The notes under the pieces: model-generated
Database searches by the model: none
What the model was told of the DNA's origin: nothing
Seen by the model: only the letters and a program-made list of their open reading frames with translations
Origin: an uncultured Acidobacteriota bacterium
Lineage (GTDB): Bacteria > Acidobacteriota > Thermoanaerobaculia > Multivoradales > SZUA-115
Assembly (NCBI GenBank): GCA_963805975.1
Contig: CAWDVR010000002.1
Coordinates: 448,001-512,000 of the forward strand
Direction of reading: 5' to 3'
DNA: 64,000 bases
Program-made: the position numbers and the translations under genes
Shown here: in pieces, positions 10,564-20,512 of the stretch
Numbering within the stretch: the stretch's first letter is position 1
How the letters are laid out: each line of letters begins with the position of its first letter

Positions 10564-10629
10564 GGGTCGAGCATGCTGCCCCGGCCGAGGCCTGTCAAGA
10601 TCGCCACGCTGTTACAATCGGGCTCCGAC

Positions 10630-12054
10630 ATGCCCGCCGCCTTGCCGCAAAATCCGTTGCACGACAGGTATGCCTCGCCGGAGATGGCTCTCCTCTTCTC
10701 GGCGGAGCACCGCTATCGGCAATGGCGGAAGCTGTGGATCACGCTCGCCGACTGCGAGCGCGAGCTGGGCCTGCCGATCACCGGCGAGCAGATCGCCGAG
10801 CTCGAGCGCGCCGCCGACACGATCGACTTCGAGCGCGTGGCGGAGATCGAGCGCCAGACGCGGCACGACGTGGTGGCCCACCTGCGCCACTTCGCGGAGC
10901 TCGCGCCCGGGGCCGGCGGCATCCTCCATCTGGGGGCCACCAGCGCCTTCATCACCGACAACACCGACGTGCTGATCACACGCGACGCGCTGCGGCTCCT
11001 CGAGCGGCGGCTGGTGGCGACGACTGCGGCACTCGGTGACTTCGCGCGGCGGACACGCGACGTCCCCTGCCTTGCCTACACCCATTTTCAACCCGCGCAG
11101 CTCACCACGGTGGGCAAGCGCGCCTGCCTGTGGGCGCAGGACTTCGTGCTCGATCTGGCCGAGCTGCGCCACCGCCTGGCGACGCTGCGCTGCCGCGGCG
11201 TCAAGGGCACCACGGGCACGCAGGCGAGCTTCCTGACGCTCTTTGCCGGCGACCACGGCAAGGTGCGCGAGCTGGACTCGCGCGTGGCGCGGCGGCTGGG
11301 CTTTGCCGAGAGCTTCCCGGTCACCGGGCAGACCTACCCCAGGAAGCAGGACAGCCAGGTGCTGGCCGTCCTCACAGGCGTGGCCGAGAGCTGCCACAAG
11401 CTCGGCACCGACCTGCGTCTGCTGCAGGGCGTGGGCGAGCTCGCCGAGCCCTTCGACTCGACCCAGGTGGGCTCCTCGGCCATGGCCTACAAGCGCAACC
11501 CGGTGCGTACCGAGCGCATGTGCGGCCTCGCCCGGCGGCTGATCACCGACGGCTTGAACGGCCCGCTCAACGCCGCCACGCAGTGGCTCGAGCGCAGCCT
11601 CGACGATTCGGCCAACCGCCGGCTGGTGCTGGCGGACTCGTTCCTCACCGCCGACGCCATTCTCGGCCTGGCCGCGCACGTGGCCTCCGGGCTCACCGTC
11701 CGCGAGGCCACGGTGGCCGCGCGCGTGGCCCGCGAGCTGCCGTTCATGGCCACCGAGACGCTCCTCATGCAGGCGGCGCTCAAGGGCGGCGACCGGCAGG
11801 AGCTGCACGAACGCATCCGCACCTTGAGCCTCGAAGCGCAGCAGGAGGTGGAGAGCGGAGGACCGAACAACCTGGTCGATCGGATCGTCGCCGACGGTGC
11901 GTTCCGGCTGACTCGGAAGGAGGTGGACTCGTGGCTCGACCCGCAAGCCTTCACTGGCCGCTCCGCGGCGCAGGTGGACGAGTTCCTGGCCTCGACCCTG
12001 GAGCCCGCGCTCCACGGCGCGGAGGCCGCCTCCGTCGAGGCGCCGAGGGTCTAG
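10630..12054 (+). CDS. purB: Adenylosuccinate lyase
   Basis: RHDVVAH, HLGATS, THFQPAQ, GSSAMAYKRNP; ATG 10630. Confidence 0.93.
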   Translation: MPAALPQNPLHDRYASPEMALLFSAEHRYRQWRKLWITLADCERELGLPITGEQIAELERAADTIDFERVAEIERQTRHDVVAHLRHFAELAPGAGGILHLGATSAFITDNTDVLITRDALRLLERRLVATTAALGDFARRTRDVPCLAYTHFQPAQLTTVGKRACLWAQDFVLDLAELRHRLATLRCRGVKGTTGTQASFLTLFAGDHGKVRELDSRVARRLGFAESFPVTGQTYPRKQDSQVLAVLTGVAESCHKLGTDLRLLQGVGELAEPFDSTQVGSSAMAYKRNPVRTERMCGLARRLITDGLNGPLNAATQWLERSLDDSANRRLVLADSFLTADAILGLAAHVASGLTVREATVAARVARELPFMATETLLMQAALKGGDRQELHERIRTLSLEAQQEVESGGPNNLVDRIVADGAFRLTRKEVDSWLDPQAFTGRSAAQVDEFLASTLEPALHGAEAASVEAPRV

Positions 12055-12101
12055 GCAGCCTCCCGGCCGGCCGCCGGGCCGCGATCCACCTCCTCGCGCT
12101 G

Positions 12102-12722
12102 GTGATCGCGCTCGCCTCCGGCTTCGCCGCCGGCTGCCGCTCCTCACGCCCCCAGGCGCGCGCGCCGGAGCCCGGCACCCGGAAGCTGATCGAAAAGGGT
12201 GAGGCGTCCTGGTACGGGCCGGGCTTTCACGGCCGCCGCACGGCCAACGGCGAGCGCTTCGACGGCCGCAGCATGACCGCCGCCCATCAGACCCTGCCGT
12301 TCGACACCCTGGTCGAGGTCGTGAACCTCGACAATGGCCGCTCCGCCGTGGTGCGCATCAACGACCGCGGCCCCTTCGCGCGCAAACGCATCATCGACCT
12401 CTCCCGCACCGCGGCCGAGGCGCTCGGCGTCATCGGCCCCGGCATCGCGCGAGTCGAGCTCTACACTGTGGCGGGGGCCGCCGTGCCCGCGCCCCGACCC
12501 TTCACCGTGCAGGTCGGGGCCTTCCACGAGCCGGAGCGCGCGCAGAGCCTCGCCGACGAGCTCGTGCCCCGCTTCTCCGGGGTCGAGGTGCGCTCCGACG
12601 GCACCTGGTACCGCGTACAGGTGGCCCGCTTCGACCGCCGCGACACCGCCGACGACCTCCGTTGCCGCCTGGCCGAGGCCGGGTATCCAGCGGTGGTGGT
12701 CGAGGTGACGGGGGACGAGTGA
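12102..12722 (+). CDS. rlpA: Septal ring lytic transglycosylase RlpA with SPOR domain (start uncertain)
   Basis: Lipobox-like FAAGC, GEASWYG, TAAHQTLPF, VRINDRGPF, IIDLS, C-terminal VQVGAF SPOR domain. Confidence 0.85.
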   Translation: MIALASGFAAGCRSSRPQARAPEPGTRKLIEKGEASWYGPGFHGRRTANGERFDGRSMTAAHQTLPFDTLVEVVNLDNGRSAVVRINDRGPFARKRIIDLSRTAAEALGVIGPGIARVELYTVAGAAVPAPRPFTVQVGAFHEPERAQSLADELVPRFSGVEVRSDGTWYRVQVARFDRRDTADDLRCRLAEAGYPAVVVEVTGDE

Positions 12723-12736
12723 GGAAGGGAACACCC

Positions 12737-13186
12737 ATGAAGAGAACCTCCCTGGCAGTCCTGGCCCTGGCCGCACTGCTGTCGGCAGGCCAGGCCGCGT
12801 CCGAGACCCACGACGAGCTCGCTTCTCAGGTGCGTGCCGCGGAGACCGCCTTCGCCAAGACCATGGCGGCGCGCGACCACGCCGCTTTCGGCTCGCACGT
12901 CGCCGACGACGCGATCTTCTTCGGCCAGAGCGCCCTGCGCGGCAAATCCGCGATCGCCGCGGGCTGGAAGCCGTTCTTCGAGGGCCCCGCGGCCCCCTTC
13001 TCCTGGGAGCCCACGACGGTCGAGGTGCTCGACTCCGGCACCCTGGCGCTCTCGAGCGGCCCGGTGCGCGACCCGGAAGGCAAGCAGGTCGGAACCTTCA
13101 CCTCGATCTGGCGCCGCGAGGCCGACGGCCAGTGGCGCGTGGTATTCGACAAGGGCTGCCCCTGCGACCGGGGCGCGGCGCCGTGA
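12737..13186 (+). CDS. Exported NTF2/SnoaL-like (DUF4440) protein
   Basis: Signal peptide; AAETAFA..., FTSIWRREADGQWRVVFDKG. Confidence 0.8.
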   Translation: MKRTSLAVLALAALLSAGQAASETHDELASQVRAAETAFAKTMAARDHAAFGSHVADDAIFFGQSALRGKSAIAAGWKPFFEGPAAPFSWEPTTVEVLDSGTLALSSGPVRDPEGKQVGTFTSIWRREADGQWRVVFDKGCPCDRGAAP

Positions 13187-13193
13187 CGCGGCG

Positions 13194-13604
13194 ATGAGGA
13201 ACACCCCCGTGGAAACCGCGGTTCAGATCTTGGCGGTGATCCAGCTCGCCACCATCGGCCTGTCCCACGTCCTGGCTCCGCGTGCCTGGGCCGATCTCTT
13301 CATCCTCCTGCGAAGTAAGGGGCACGCCGGGGTCTTCGTCGTGGCCTTCCTGAGCCTCTGGTTCGGCTCCGTCATCGTCGCGTTCCACAACGTGTGGTCC
13401 GGCATCCCGGCCGTGCTCACCCTCCTCGGCTGGGCGCAGGTCTTGAAGGCGCTGATCTACTTCACCTTCCCCGCCTACGGCCTGCGTGCCCTTTCCACGG
13501 TGTCCGTGGAACGGGCGCGAGTCTTCGTCTACGCAGGGCTCTTCCTGCTCGCTCTCGCGAGCCTCGTTGGCTACCACCTGGGGTCGGCGGGCGCAGGCGG
13601 CTGA
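13194..13604 (+). CDS. Small four-TM membrane protein, unknown function
   Basis: Four hydrophobic segments, FHNVWSG..LTLLGW motif. Confidence 0.7.
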   Translation: MRNTPVETAVQILAVIQLATIGLSHVLAPRAWADLFILLRSKGHAGVFVVAFLSLWFGSVIVAFHNVWSGIPAVLTLLGWAQVLKALIYFTFPAYGLRALSTVSVERARVFVYAGLFLLALASLVGYHLGSAGAGG

Positions 13605-13632
13605 GCTGGAGAGCCGAGGCCCGGCAGAACTC

Positions 13633-14712
13633 TCAGCCCCTCCCCACCTCCGCCAAAAAGCTCTTGATCCCCACATCCAGCCGTCGCCGGTCGCGGTGGC
13701 GCTCGAAGGCGATGGCTACCAGGCGGTCGACGAGCTGAGGCAGGGGCACTCCCGAGAGCTCCCAGAGACGCGGGTACATGGAGATCGAGGTGAAGCCGGG
13801 CAGGGTGTTGATCTCGTTCACGTAGAGGTCCCCGGCGTGACCCAGCAGAAAGTCGACGCGGGCCATGCCCCAGCCACCGACGGCGGCGAAGGCCGCGACC
13901 GCCGTCGTCCGCAGACGCTCTTCGATCTCGGGCTCGAGTGGCGCCGGCGCCAGGAGCTGGGCGTCGTCGGTCAGGTATTTTTCCGCGTAGTCGTAGAAGT
14001 CGCCGCCGGGCACGATCTCGCCGACGTGCGATGCCTCTAGGCGGCCGTAACCCAGGACGGCGCACTCGAGCTCGCGGCCGGTGATGCCCTGCTCCACCAG
14101 AGCCACGTCGTCGAACTGCAGGGCAAAGCGAATCGAGGTCTCCAGGCACTGAGGGCTCGAGACCTTCTTGACGCCGACGCTCGAGCCGCCGATGCTCGGC
14201 TTGACGAAGAGCGGCAGCGGCAGGCCCTCCGTCTCCGCGATGCAGGCGGCCGGATCGGCCTCGAAGCGGTCTCGGCGGAAGGCCCGGAATGGCACCACCG
14301 CCACGCCGGCCGCCGCCAGCAAGGTCTTGGCCGCGAGCTTGTCCATGGCGATGGCGCTCGAGGTGACGCCGGTGCCGGCGTAGGGCAGGTCCAGCATTTC
14401 GCAGAGGCCCTGGAGGCAGCCGTCCTCGCCCCAGGTGCCGTGAGCGATCGGGAAGATCGCCTCGACGCGGGACTCGATCAGGTGCACCAGCGTGCTCGCG
14501 ACCGGCAAGCCCGCGGCCGGCAGCGCGTCGACCTCGCCGAGGAGGGCCGAGGTGCCCAGGGCGGGTGCCACCCAGCAGCCGTCCTCGGCGATTCCCAACG
14601 GCACGACCTCGTGCCCGGCCTCGATCAGCGCCCCTGCCACCGTGCGCGCCGAGCGCACCGATACCCGGTGCTCGACGCTCCTGCCGCCGAAGACGACTCC
14701 GACTCGCGCCAT
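13633..14712 (-). CDS. ddl: D-alanine--D-alanine ligase
   Basis: FGGRSVEHRVS, HGTWGEDG, KPSIGGSSVG, YDYAEKY, NEINTLPGFT. Confidence 0.95.
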   Translation of the reverse strand: MARVGVVFGGRSVEHRVSVRSARTVAGALIEAGHEVVPLGIAEDGCWVAPALGTSALLGEVDALPAAGLPVASTLVHLIESRVEAIFPIAHGTWGEDGCLQGLCEMLDLPYAGTGVTSSAIAMDKLAAKTLLAAAGVAVVPFRAFRRDRFEADPAACIAETEGLPLPLFVKPSIGGSSVGVKKVSSPQCLETSIRFALQFDDVALVEQGITGRELECAVLGYGRLEASHVGEIVPGGDFYDYAEKYLTDDAQLLAPAPLEPEIEERLRTTAVAAFAAVGGWGMARVDFLLGHAGDLYVNEINTLPGFTSISMYPRLWELSGVPLPQLVDRLVAIAFERHRDRRRLDVGIKSFLAEVGRG

Positions 14713-14725
14713 CACCAGCCTCCGT

Positions 14726-16324
14726 TCATTCCATGTCCACGAACTTCACCCACTGCGCCTCCTCGAACCCTGCCAGCTCGTCGAGCAGCTCGCGCGGGGG
14801 CTCGTCGTCGAGCACCAGCACCGCGAGCGCCTGCGGGATGGCGCCTCCCGGCGGGCGCGCACCGCGCTCCTGGCGCGCCAGGTGGATGTCCGCGATGTTG
14901 ATGCGCCGGCGGCCGAGGGCCATGCCCAGCTTGCCGACCACGCCCGGCAGGTCCAGGTTGCGCAGCAGCAGGAGCCTGCCCTCCGGCCGGAACTCGAGCC
15001 GGTAGCCGCCGACCGCGACCACGCGCGGCGCGCCGTCGGAGAAAAAGGTCCCCGCCAGATCGACCTCGCCGCCCGAGCCGGAAAGCCGCACGCGCACCAG
15101 GTGCGGATAGTCGGCCGCTTCGCTGTGCGTCGCGCAGTGCACGGCGATGGCACGGTCGCGCGCCAGAAGCTCGGCGTTCACGTAGTTCACCCCCTCGCCG
15201 AGGAACGGCTCGAGCGCCCCCTTGACCACCGCCACCTTGATCGCCGGCTGCAACGGCTCGTCGATCCCCCAGAGATCCACCTGCACGTCTTTGAGGCCGC
15301 CGTCGAGCAGGCGGCTCGCCAGCCGCGACAGCCGCTCGGCGAGCATCAGGAAGGGCTCGCTGCCCTTCGAGGCCGGCCGGAAGGGAAGGTTCACGGCGCC
15401 GGCGGGGAGCGCCCCGTCGAGCGCCGCGAGCACCATGCGCGCGGTCTCCTCGGCGATGCGCTCCTGTGCCTCGAAGGTCTGGGCGCCGATGTGCGGGGTG
15501 GCCACCACCCTGGGGTGGCGGGCGAGGTCGAAGCTCAGCGGCGGCTCCTGGGCGTAGACGTCGAGGCCGGCGCCGCCGAGCCTCCCTTCCTCGAGCGCGG
15601 CGAGGAGCGCCGCTTCGTCCACCAGGCCACCGCGAGCGCAGTTGACGAGCAGGGCCCCGGGCTTCATCTGCGCGAGGCGCGCAGCGGACAGCAGGCCGCG
15701 GGTCTGCTCGGTGAGCGGCGTGTGCAGGGTCACCACGTCGGAGCGCGCAAGGAGCGTGTCGAGGTCCACCAGCTCGACGCCCCGGTTGCGCGCCGCGGCG
15801 GGGTCGAGGAAGGGGTCGTAGGCCAAGAGCTTCATGTCGAAGCTGCGCGCGCGCTCGCCCACTCCCTGGCCGATGCGGCCGTAGCCCACGATGCCGAGCG
15901 TCTTGTTCTGCAGCTCGACGCCCTGGAAGGTCTTCCGGTCCCACTCGCCGCGCTTCATCGAGGCGTCGGCGGCGGGCAGCTTCTTGGCCAGCGCGATGAG
16001 CAGGGCGAAGGAGTGCTCGGTGGCCGAGATCAGGTTGGCGGTGGGCGCGTTGACCACCAGGATGCCCAGCTCGGTGGCGGTGGCGACGTCCACGTTGTCG
16101 ACGCCGATGCCGGCGCGGCCGACCACCCGGAGCCGGCGGCCGGCGCGCAGCAGCTCGGCCGTCACCTTGGTGGCGCTGCGCACCACGACGGCGTCGCAGT
16201 CGGCGATCAGCTCGGCGAGGCGCGGGCGCTCCTCGGCGGAGAGCAGATGGAGGTCCGCGCCGGCCTCGCGCAGCATGTCGAGGCCGACGGTCTCCAGCGA
16301 GTCACAGATCAGGATGCGGGGCAT
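14726..16324 (-). CDS. serA: D-3-phosphoglycerate dehydrogenase (long form with ACT domain)
   Basis: GRAGIGVDNVD, GYGRIG, NCARGG, TPHIGAQT, C-terminal NLDLPGVVG..NIA ACT. Confidence 0.92.
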   Translation of the reverse strand: MPRILICDSLETVGLDMLREAGADLHLLSAEERPRLAELIADCDAVVVRSATKVTAELLRAGRRLRVVGRAGIGVDNVDVATATELGILVVNAPTANLISATEHSFALLIALAKKLPAADASMKRGEWDRKTFQGVELQNKTLGIVGYGRIGQGVGERARSFDMKLLAYDPFLDPAAARNRGVELVDLDTLLARSDVVTLHTPLTEQTRGLLSAARLAQMKPGALLVNCARGGLVDEAALLAALEEGRLGGAGLDVYAQEPPLSFDLARHPRVVATPHIGAQTFEAQERIAEETARMVLAALDGALPAGAVNLPFRPASKGSEPFLMLAERLSRLASRLLDGGLKDVQVDLWGIDEPLQPAIKVAVVKGALEPFLGEGVNYVNAELLARDRAIAVHCATHSEAADYPHLVRVRLSGSGGEVDLAGTFFSDGAPRVVAVGGYRLEFRPEGRLLLLRNLDLPGVVGKLGMALGRRRINIADIHLARQERGARPPGGAIPQALAVLVLDDEPPRELLDELAGFEEAQWVKFVDME

Positions 16325-16344
16325 GGTCAGGTCCTTGCTCATCT

Positions 16345-17466
16345 TCAGGGAGTTGGGGCGAGCGCCGCGTCCAGCGCGGCGAAGAGGTCGGTCAGGTCTG
16401 CGCTCCGCACTTCGCCCATGTGGCCGATGCGGAAGGTGCCTTCTTTCCACTCGCCGTAGCCGCCGCCCAGGGTGAAGCCTCGAGCGGCGAGGGCCTTCAC
16501 CAGCTCCGGCGCCGTGCGTGCGCCGGGGCCACGGAGGCAGGACACGGTCGGCGACCGGGAACCGGCGGCGGAAGCGAAGTCGAGGCCGCGCGTCGCGGCC
16601 CACGCCGCGGTCTGCCTCTGGAGTGCCTCGTGGCGGGCGAAACGGGTCGGGAGGCCCTCGGCCTCGATCACGTCGAGCTGCTTGGCGAGCGCGTAGACCA
16701 GCGGCACGGCCGGCGTGGTGATGGTCGACCCGGTCTCGCGGTGCTGGTCGCGGTAGCGCAGGAGGTCCGTGTAGTAGCCGCGGTTGGGCACCCTGGCGGC
16801 GCGCTCGGCGGCACGCTCGGAAAGGGTGACGAGCACCAGGCCGGGAGGGGCGGCGATGGCCTTCTGCACCCCGGCCACCACCACGTCGAGGCCGCAGGCG
16901 TCGGCCTCGACCGGGACGCCGCCGAGCGAGGAGACGGTGTCCGTGAGCAGCAGCGCGTCGCTCTCCTCCCGCACCGCGCGGGCGATCTCGGCGAGCGGGT
17001 TGAGCACCCCAGTCGAGGTCTCGTTGTGCACCACGGTGACCGCCTCGTAGCGCTTGCGGCGGAGCGCCCGGCGCACGAGATCCGGGTCCACCGCCTCGCC
17101 CCAGGGCACGGCCACGCGGTCCGCCTCCTTCCCCGCCGCGCGGCTGATGGCGTGCCAGCGCTCGGAGAAGGAGCCGCAGGTCAGGTTGAGGACCGCGGTC
17201 GAGACGGTCGACAGCACCGCCGCCTCCATCACCAGCGTGGAGCTGCCGGTCGCGAGGTAGACCTCGCCGCGGGTGGCGAACAGGGCGGGCAGCCGTCCGG
17301 CCAGGCTGGCGTAGAGCGCGCGAAAGGCCGGCGAGCGATGGCCGACGACCGGTGCGGTCATCGCCGCGCGCACCTCTTCGAGCACGTAGCAAGGCCCGGG
17401 GAGGAAGAAGCGGATGGCCTCGCGGCGGGCGGCGGTGGGTGGCGCCACAGGGGCCTCGAGGTTCAT
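16345..17466 (-). CDS. Class V PLP aminotransferase (serine/alanine-glyoxylate type), coupled to serA
   Basis: FLPGP, VHNETSTG, DTVSSLGG, GVQKAIAAPPG, FRIGHMG. Confidence 0.9.
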   Translation of the reverse strand: MNLEAPVAPPTAARREAIRFFLPGPCYVLEEVRAAMTAPVVGHRSPAFRALYASLAGRLPALFATRGEVYLATGSSTLVMEAAVLSTVSTAVLNLTCGSFSERWHAISRAAGKEADRVAVPWGEAVDPDLVRRALRRKRYEAVTVVHNETSTGVLNPLAEIARAVREESDALLLTDTVSSLGGVPVEADACGLDVVVAGVQKAIAAPPGLVLVTLSERAAERAARVPNRGYYTDLLRYRDQHRETGSTITTPAVPLVYALAKQLDVIEAEGLPTRFARHEALQRQTAAWAATRGLDFASAAGSRSPTVSCLRGPGARTAPELVKALAARGFTLGGGYGEWKEGTFRIGHMGEVRSADLTDLFAALDAALAPTP

Positions 17467-17555
17467 GCCGCATTGTGGCATCGGGGCGGGAACCGGGCAA
17501 GGGAGGCGTGGACCGGTACAAGCCCGGCCCGTGCCCGGCGGGAGCTCGCGAAGGA

Positions 17556-18002
17556 TCAATCCTCGGGCAGGAGACGCGCGCGGCGGAGGCGGGCGGCCAG
17601 GGATGGGGCCGTGAGAGCTCGGGAGGTGGTGCTCGGCAGTGGTCCTTCGAGGCGGAAGGCGTCGCCCGTGGGGACGAGGGCCGGGGCTGCGGTGAGGAGA
17701 GGCTCCTGGGAGTCCGGCGCGCCGCGCACCAGCACCAGCGCGCAGCCCAGGAAGTGCTCGCGCAGCAGATCCTTGAGCACCGGCGCTCCAGTCATGGGCT
17801 TGACGGTCACCATGCGCTGCGCACCGACGGCCACGGCGCGCAGGACGCCCAGGTCCGCCGCCGCGGCGAGAGGTGCGGGCGGCTCGACCGCCAGGCCGAG
17901 ATCCAGCCACCCGATGCGCAAGCCCTCGCCCCGCGCCGCGGCGATCAGCGCGGCGAACGCCTCCGGCGGCGCCTCGACCCGCGCCAGGTGCGGGACCTTC
18001 AC
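17556..18002 (-). CDS. Hypothetical protein, MobB-like but lacking the P-loop
   Basis: GTGA overlap with upstream gene and GGAG RBS; sequence parallels MobB core (..GLRIGWL..LGVLRAVAVG..LKDLLREHFLGCALVLVRG). Confidence 0.55.
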   Translation of the reverse strand: MKVPHLARVEAPPEAFAALIAAARGEGLRIGWLDLGLAVEPPAPLAAAADLGVLRAVAVGAQRMVTVKPMTGAPVLKDLLREHFLGCALVLVRGAPDSQEPLLTAAPALVPTGDAFRLEGPLPSTTSRALTAPSLAARLRRARLLPED

Positions 18003-19183
18003 GGCTCCTCCGGATAGAGCAGGATCTCGCGCCGCTCCCGGCGAAAGGCGTCCTCGTCCTCCGGCCAGCCCGCCGCCAGCTCGGCCAGGCTTTCGCCCCC
18101 GCGCTCGATCGCGAGGCGGTAGGTCGCCGAGCCGGTCAGCAGGTCGATCGCCGGCCGGTCGCTCACGAACTCGTAGGGCGCCGCGCGCCACGCGAAGTCC
18201 GCCGTGGAATGGCGCGCGAGCGCCGCCAGCAGCTCGAGCCCGGCGCGGTAGGGCCGGAACGCCACGGCGTCTTCCACCACCATCTCGACACCGCCGCACA
18301 CCTCGCCGCGGTGCTTCTGGAACTGCGGCTTGAAGTAGGTGGGGACGAACGCCACGCCGGGGAGAGCGCGCGCGGTGAGCTCGTCCGCCAGGCGCAGCGG
18401 CTCGACCCAGGGAGCGCCCACGAGCTGGAACGGTCGCGTGGTGCCGCGGCCCTCGGAGACCGCCGTGGCCTCCACCAGGCAGCCGCCGGGGTAGATCAAG
18501 GCCGTCGCCAGAGTCGGCATGTTGGGCGACGGCGCGATCCACGCCAGCCCCGTCTCGCGCCACGGCATCTTCCTCGTCCAGCCGCGCATCTCCCACACGC
18601 GGTGGTGCGCGGGAAAGCCACGCCGCCGGGCTTCGAGCAGGAACAGCTCTCCCATCGTCAGGCCATGCCGCACCGGCAGGCGGAAGGCGCCGACGAAGGA
18701 CTCGAAGCCGGGCTCCAGGAGGTTGCCTTCGATCGCCTCGCCGCCAAGCGGGTTGGGCCGGTCCAGCACCCAGACCTCGCAGCCGGCGGCCAGCGCCACC
18801 TCGGCCGCCCAGATCGCCGTGGCGGCGAAGGTGTAGTAGCGGCTGCCCACGTCCTGGAGATCGACGATCAGGAGATCGAGGCCGGTAAATGCTGCCCGCT
18901 GCGGCACCAGGCTGTGCTCGGCCTCGCCGTAGAGCGACACGACGGGCAGGCCGGTCCACGGGTCGCGGCCGCCGGCGCTCGCCACCATGTCCTGCTCCAC
19001 GGCGTAGAGGCCGTGCTCGGGCCCGAACAGCACCGCCGGCGGATGCGGGCCCCGCGACAGCGCGAGGTGCGAAGGCACGAGATCGCGGGTCACGGCCGCG
19101 GCGTGCGCCAGGAGGCCGTAGCGCCGGCCGGCGAGCGCGCCCGGCTCGGCCAGCAGCCGGTCGAGGCCGGTGGCGACTCTCAC
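17999..19183 (-). CDS. DUF1343 exo-beta-N-acetylmuramidase (NamZ family)
   Basis: LFGPEHG, SLYG, DLQDVGSRYYTF, LDRPNPLGG, RHGLTMGEL, PSPNMP, SEGRGTTRPF. Confidence 0.9.
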   Translation of the reverse strand: MRVATGLDRLLAEPGALAGRRYGLLAHAAAVTRDLVPSHLALSRGPHPPAVLFGPEHGLYAVEQDMVASAGGRDPWTGLPVVSLYGEAEHSLVPQRAAFTGLDLLIVDLQDVGSRYYTFAATAIWAAEVALAAGCEVWVLDRPNPLGGEAIEGNLLEPGFESFVGAFRLPVRHGLTMGELFLLEARRRGFPAHHRVWEMRGWTRKMPWRETGLAWIAPSPNMPTLATALIYPGGCLVEATAVSEGRGTTRPFQLVGAPWVEPLRLADELTARALPGVAFVPTYFKPQFQKHRGEVCGGVEMVVEDAVAFRPYRAGLELLAALARHSTADFAWRAAPYEFVSDRPAIDLLTGSATYRLAIERGGESLAELAAGWPEDEDAFRRERREILLYPEEP

Positions 19184-19677
19184 TCCGGCGCCCGTTCGCG
19201 ACGGTAGTCGCCGGTTGTACCGCCACTCTTGCCCTCGAGCCGCAGGTCTGTCACCACCGCGCCGCGATCCAGCGCCTTGACCATGTCGTAGAGGGCCAGG
19301 GACGCCGCGGCGCACGCCACCAGCGCTTCCATCTCGGCGCCGGTGCGCGCCGTGGCCACGACCCGGCTGCGAATCTCGACGCACCCGGAGCCGGCCTCGA
19401 GGTCGACCTCCACCTGGTCGAGCGGCAGCGGGTGCGCGAGCGGCACCCACTCCGCGGTCTTCTTCGCCGCCTGGATGCCGGCGAGGCGGGCCACGGCGTA
19501 GGCGTCGCCCTTGGGCAGCGCACCGAGCCGGGCCAGGGTCTCCTCGGCCAGCAGCACCTTGCACGAGGCCTCGGCCACGCGCCGCGTGATCGGCTTCGCG
19601 GAGACGTCCACCATGTGGGCGCCGCCCTGCGCGTCGAGGTGGCTGAAAGTGCGAGGGAGTGAGTTGCGATCGCTCAT
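19180..19677 (-). CDS. moaC: Cyclic pyranopterin monophosphate synthase
   Basis: MVDVSAK, KGD..ARLAGIQAAKKT, TGAEMEAL, YDMVKA, KSGG. Confidence 0.95.
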   Translation of the reverse strand: MSDRNSLPRTFSHLDAQGGAHMVDVSAKPITRRVAEASCKVLLAEETLARLGALPKGDAYAVARLAGIQAAKKTAEWVPLAHPLPLDQVEVDLEAGSGCVEIRSRVVATARTGAEMEALVACAAASLALYDMVKALDRGAVVTDLRLEGKSGGTTGDYRRERAPE

Positions 19678-19767
19678 CGAGTCGGGCTTCGCCAGGGAGG
19701 CCGCATGCTAGCATCCAGGCCCTTGAAGGACAGCCTCACCCGACCTTCCTCCAGCCATCCCGGGCGG

Positions 19768-20454
19768 ATGCGCGTGGCGGTGGTGATCCCCACTCTCGAC
19801 GAGGCAGCCAACCTCGAGATCCTGCTCCCCGCGCTGGTCGCGACCGCCGACGAGGTGGTGGTGAGCGACGGCGGCAGCCGGGACCACACGCTCGAGATCG
19901 CGCGGGCGGCCGGGGCCCGCACCGTCATGGGGCCGGCGGGCCGCGGGCCGCAGCTCAACCGCGGCGCCCGCGAGACCCGGGCGGAGATCCTGCTCTTCCT
20001 GCACGCCGATTCCCGGCTGCCGGAAGGCGGCCTCGAACTGCTCCGCGAGGCGGTGGAGGCGGGAGCGGACGGCGGCGGCTTCCTGCTGCGCTTCGACGTC
20101 GAGCGCCCGCTCCTCGAGCTCGGTGCCTGGCTGATCAACCGGCGCACGCGGCTCCTGGGCGTACCGCTCGGCGATCAGGCGCAATTCGTCACCCGCTCGC
20201 GCTTCGAGGAGCTGGGGGGATTTCGCGAGTGGTCGATCCTGGAGGATCTGGACTTCGGCCGGCGGCTGAAGCGCACGGGAAGGCTGGTGGTGCTGGAGAG
20301 GCCGGTGACCACCGCGGCGCGGCGCTTCCTCACCCTCGGCGTGGTGCGCACGGTGGCGACCAACTGGCTGATCTGGGCGCTGTACTTCGCCGGCGTCCCG
20401 CCGCCCCGCCTTGCGCGTCTCTACCGCAACCGGCGGCGCAACGAAAGGCCCTGA
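19768..20454 (+). CDS. GT2 glycosyltransferase (TIGR04283-like)
   Basis: VVIPTLDE, DGGSRD, GRGPQLNRGA, FLHAD, GDQAQF, LED. Confidence 0.85.
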   Translation: MRVAVVIPTLDEAANLEILLPALVATADEVVVSDGGSRDHTLEIARAAGARTVMGPAGRGPQLNRGARETRAEILLFLHADSRLPEGGLELLREAVEAGADGGGFLLRFDVERPLLELGAWLINRRTRLLGVPLGDQAQFVTRSRFEELGGFREWSILEDLDFGRRLKRTGRLVVLERPVTTAARRFLTLGVVRTVATNWLIWALYFAGVPPPRLARLYRNRRRNERP

Positions 20455-20512
20455 AAACGCGACCGGCCCCGCGAGGCGGGGCCGTGCCGGCGGAACGCGT
20501 TGCCGGGCTCGG

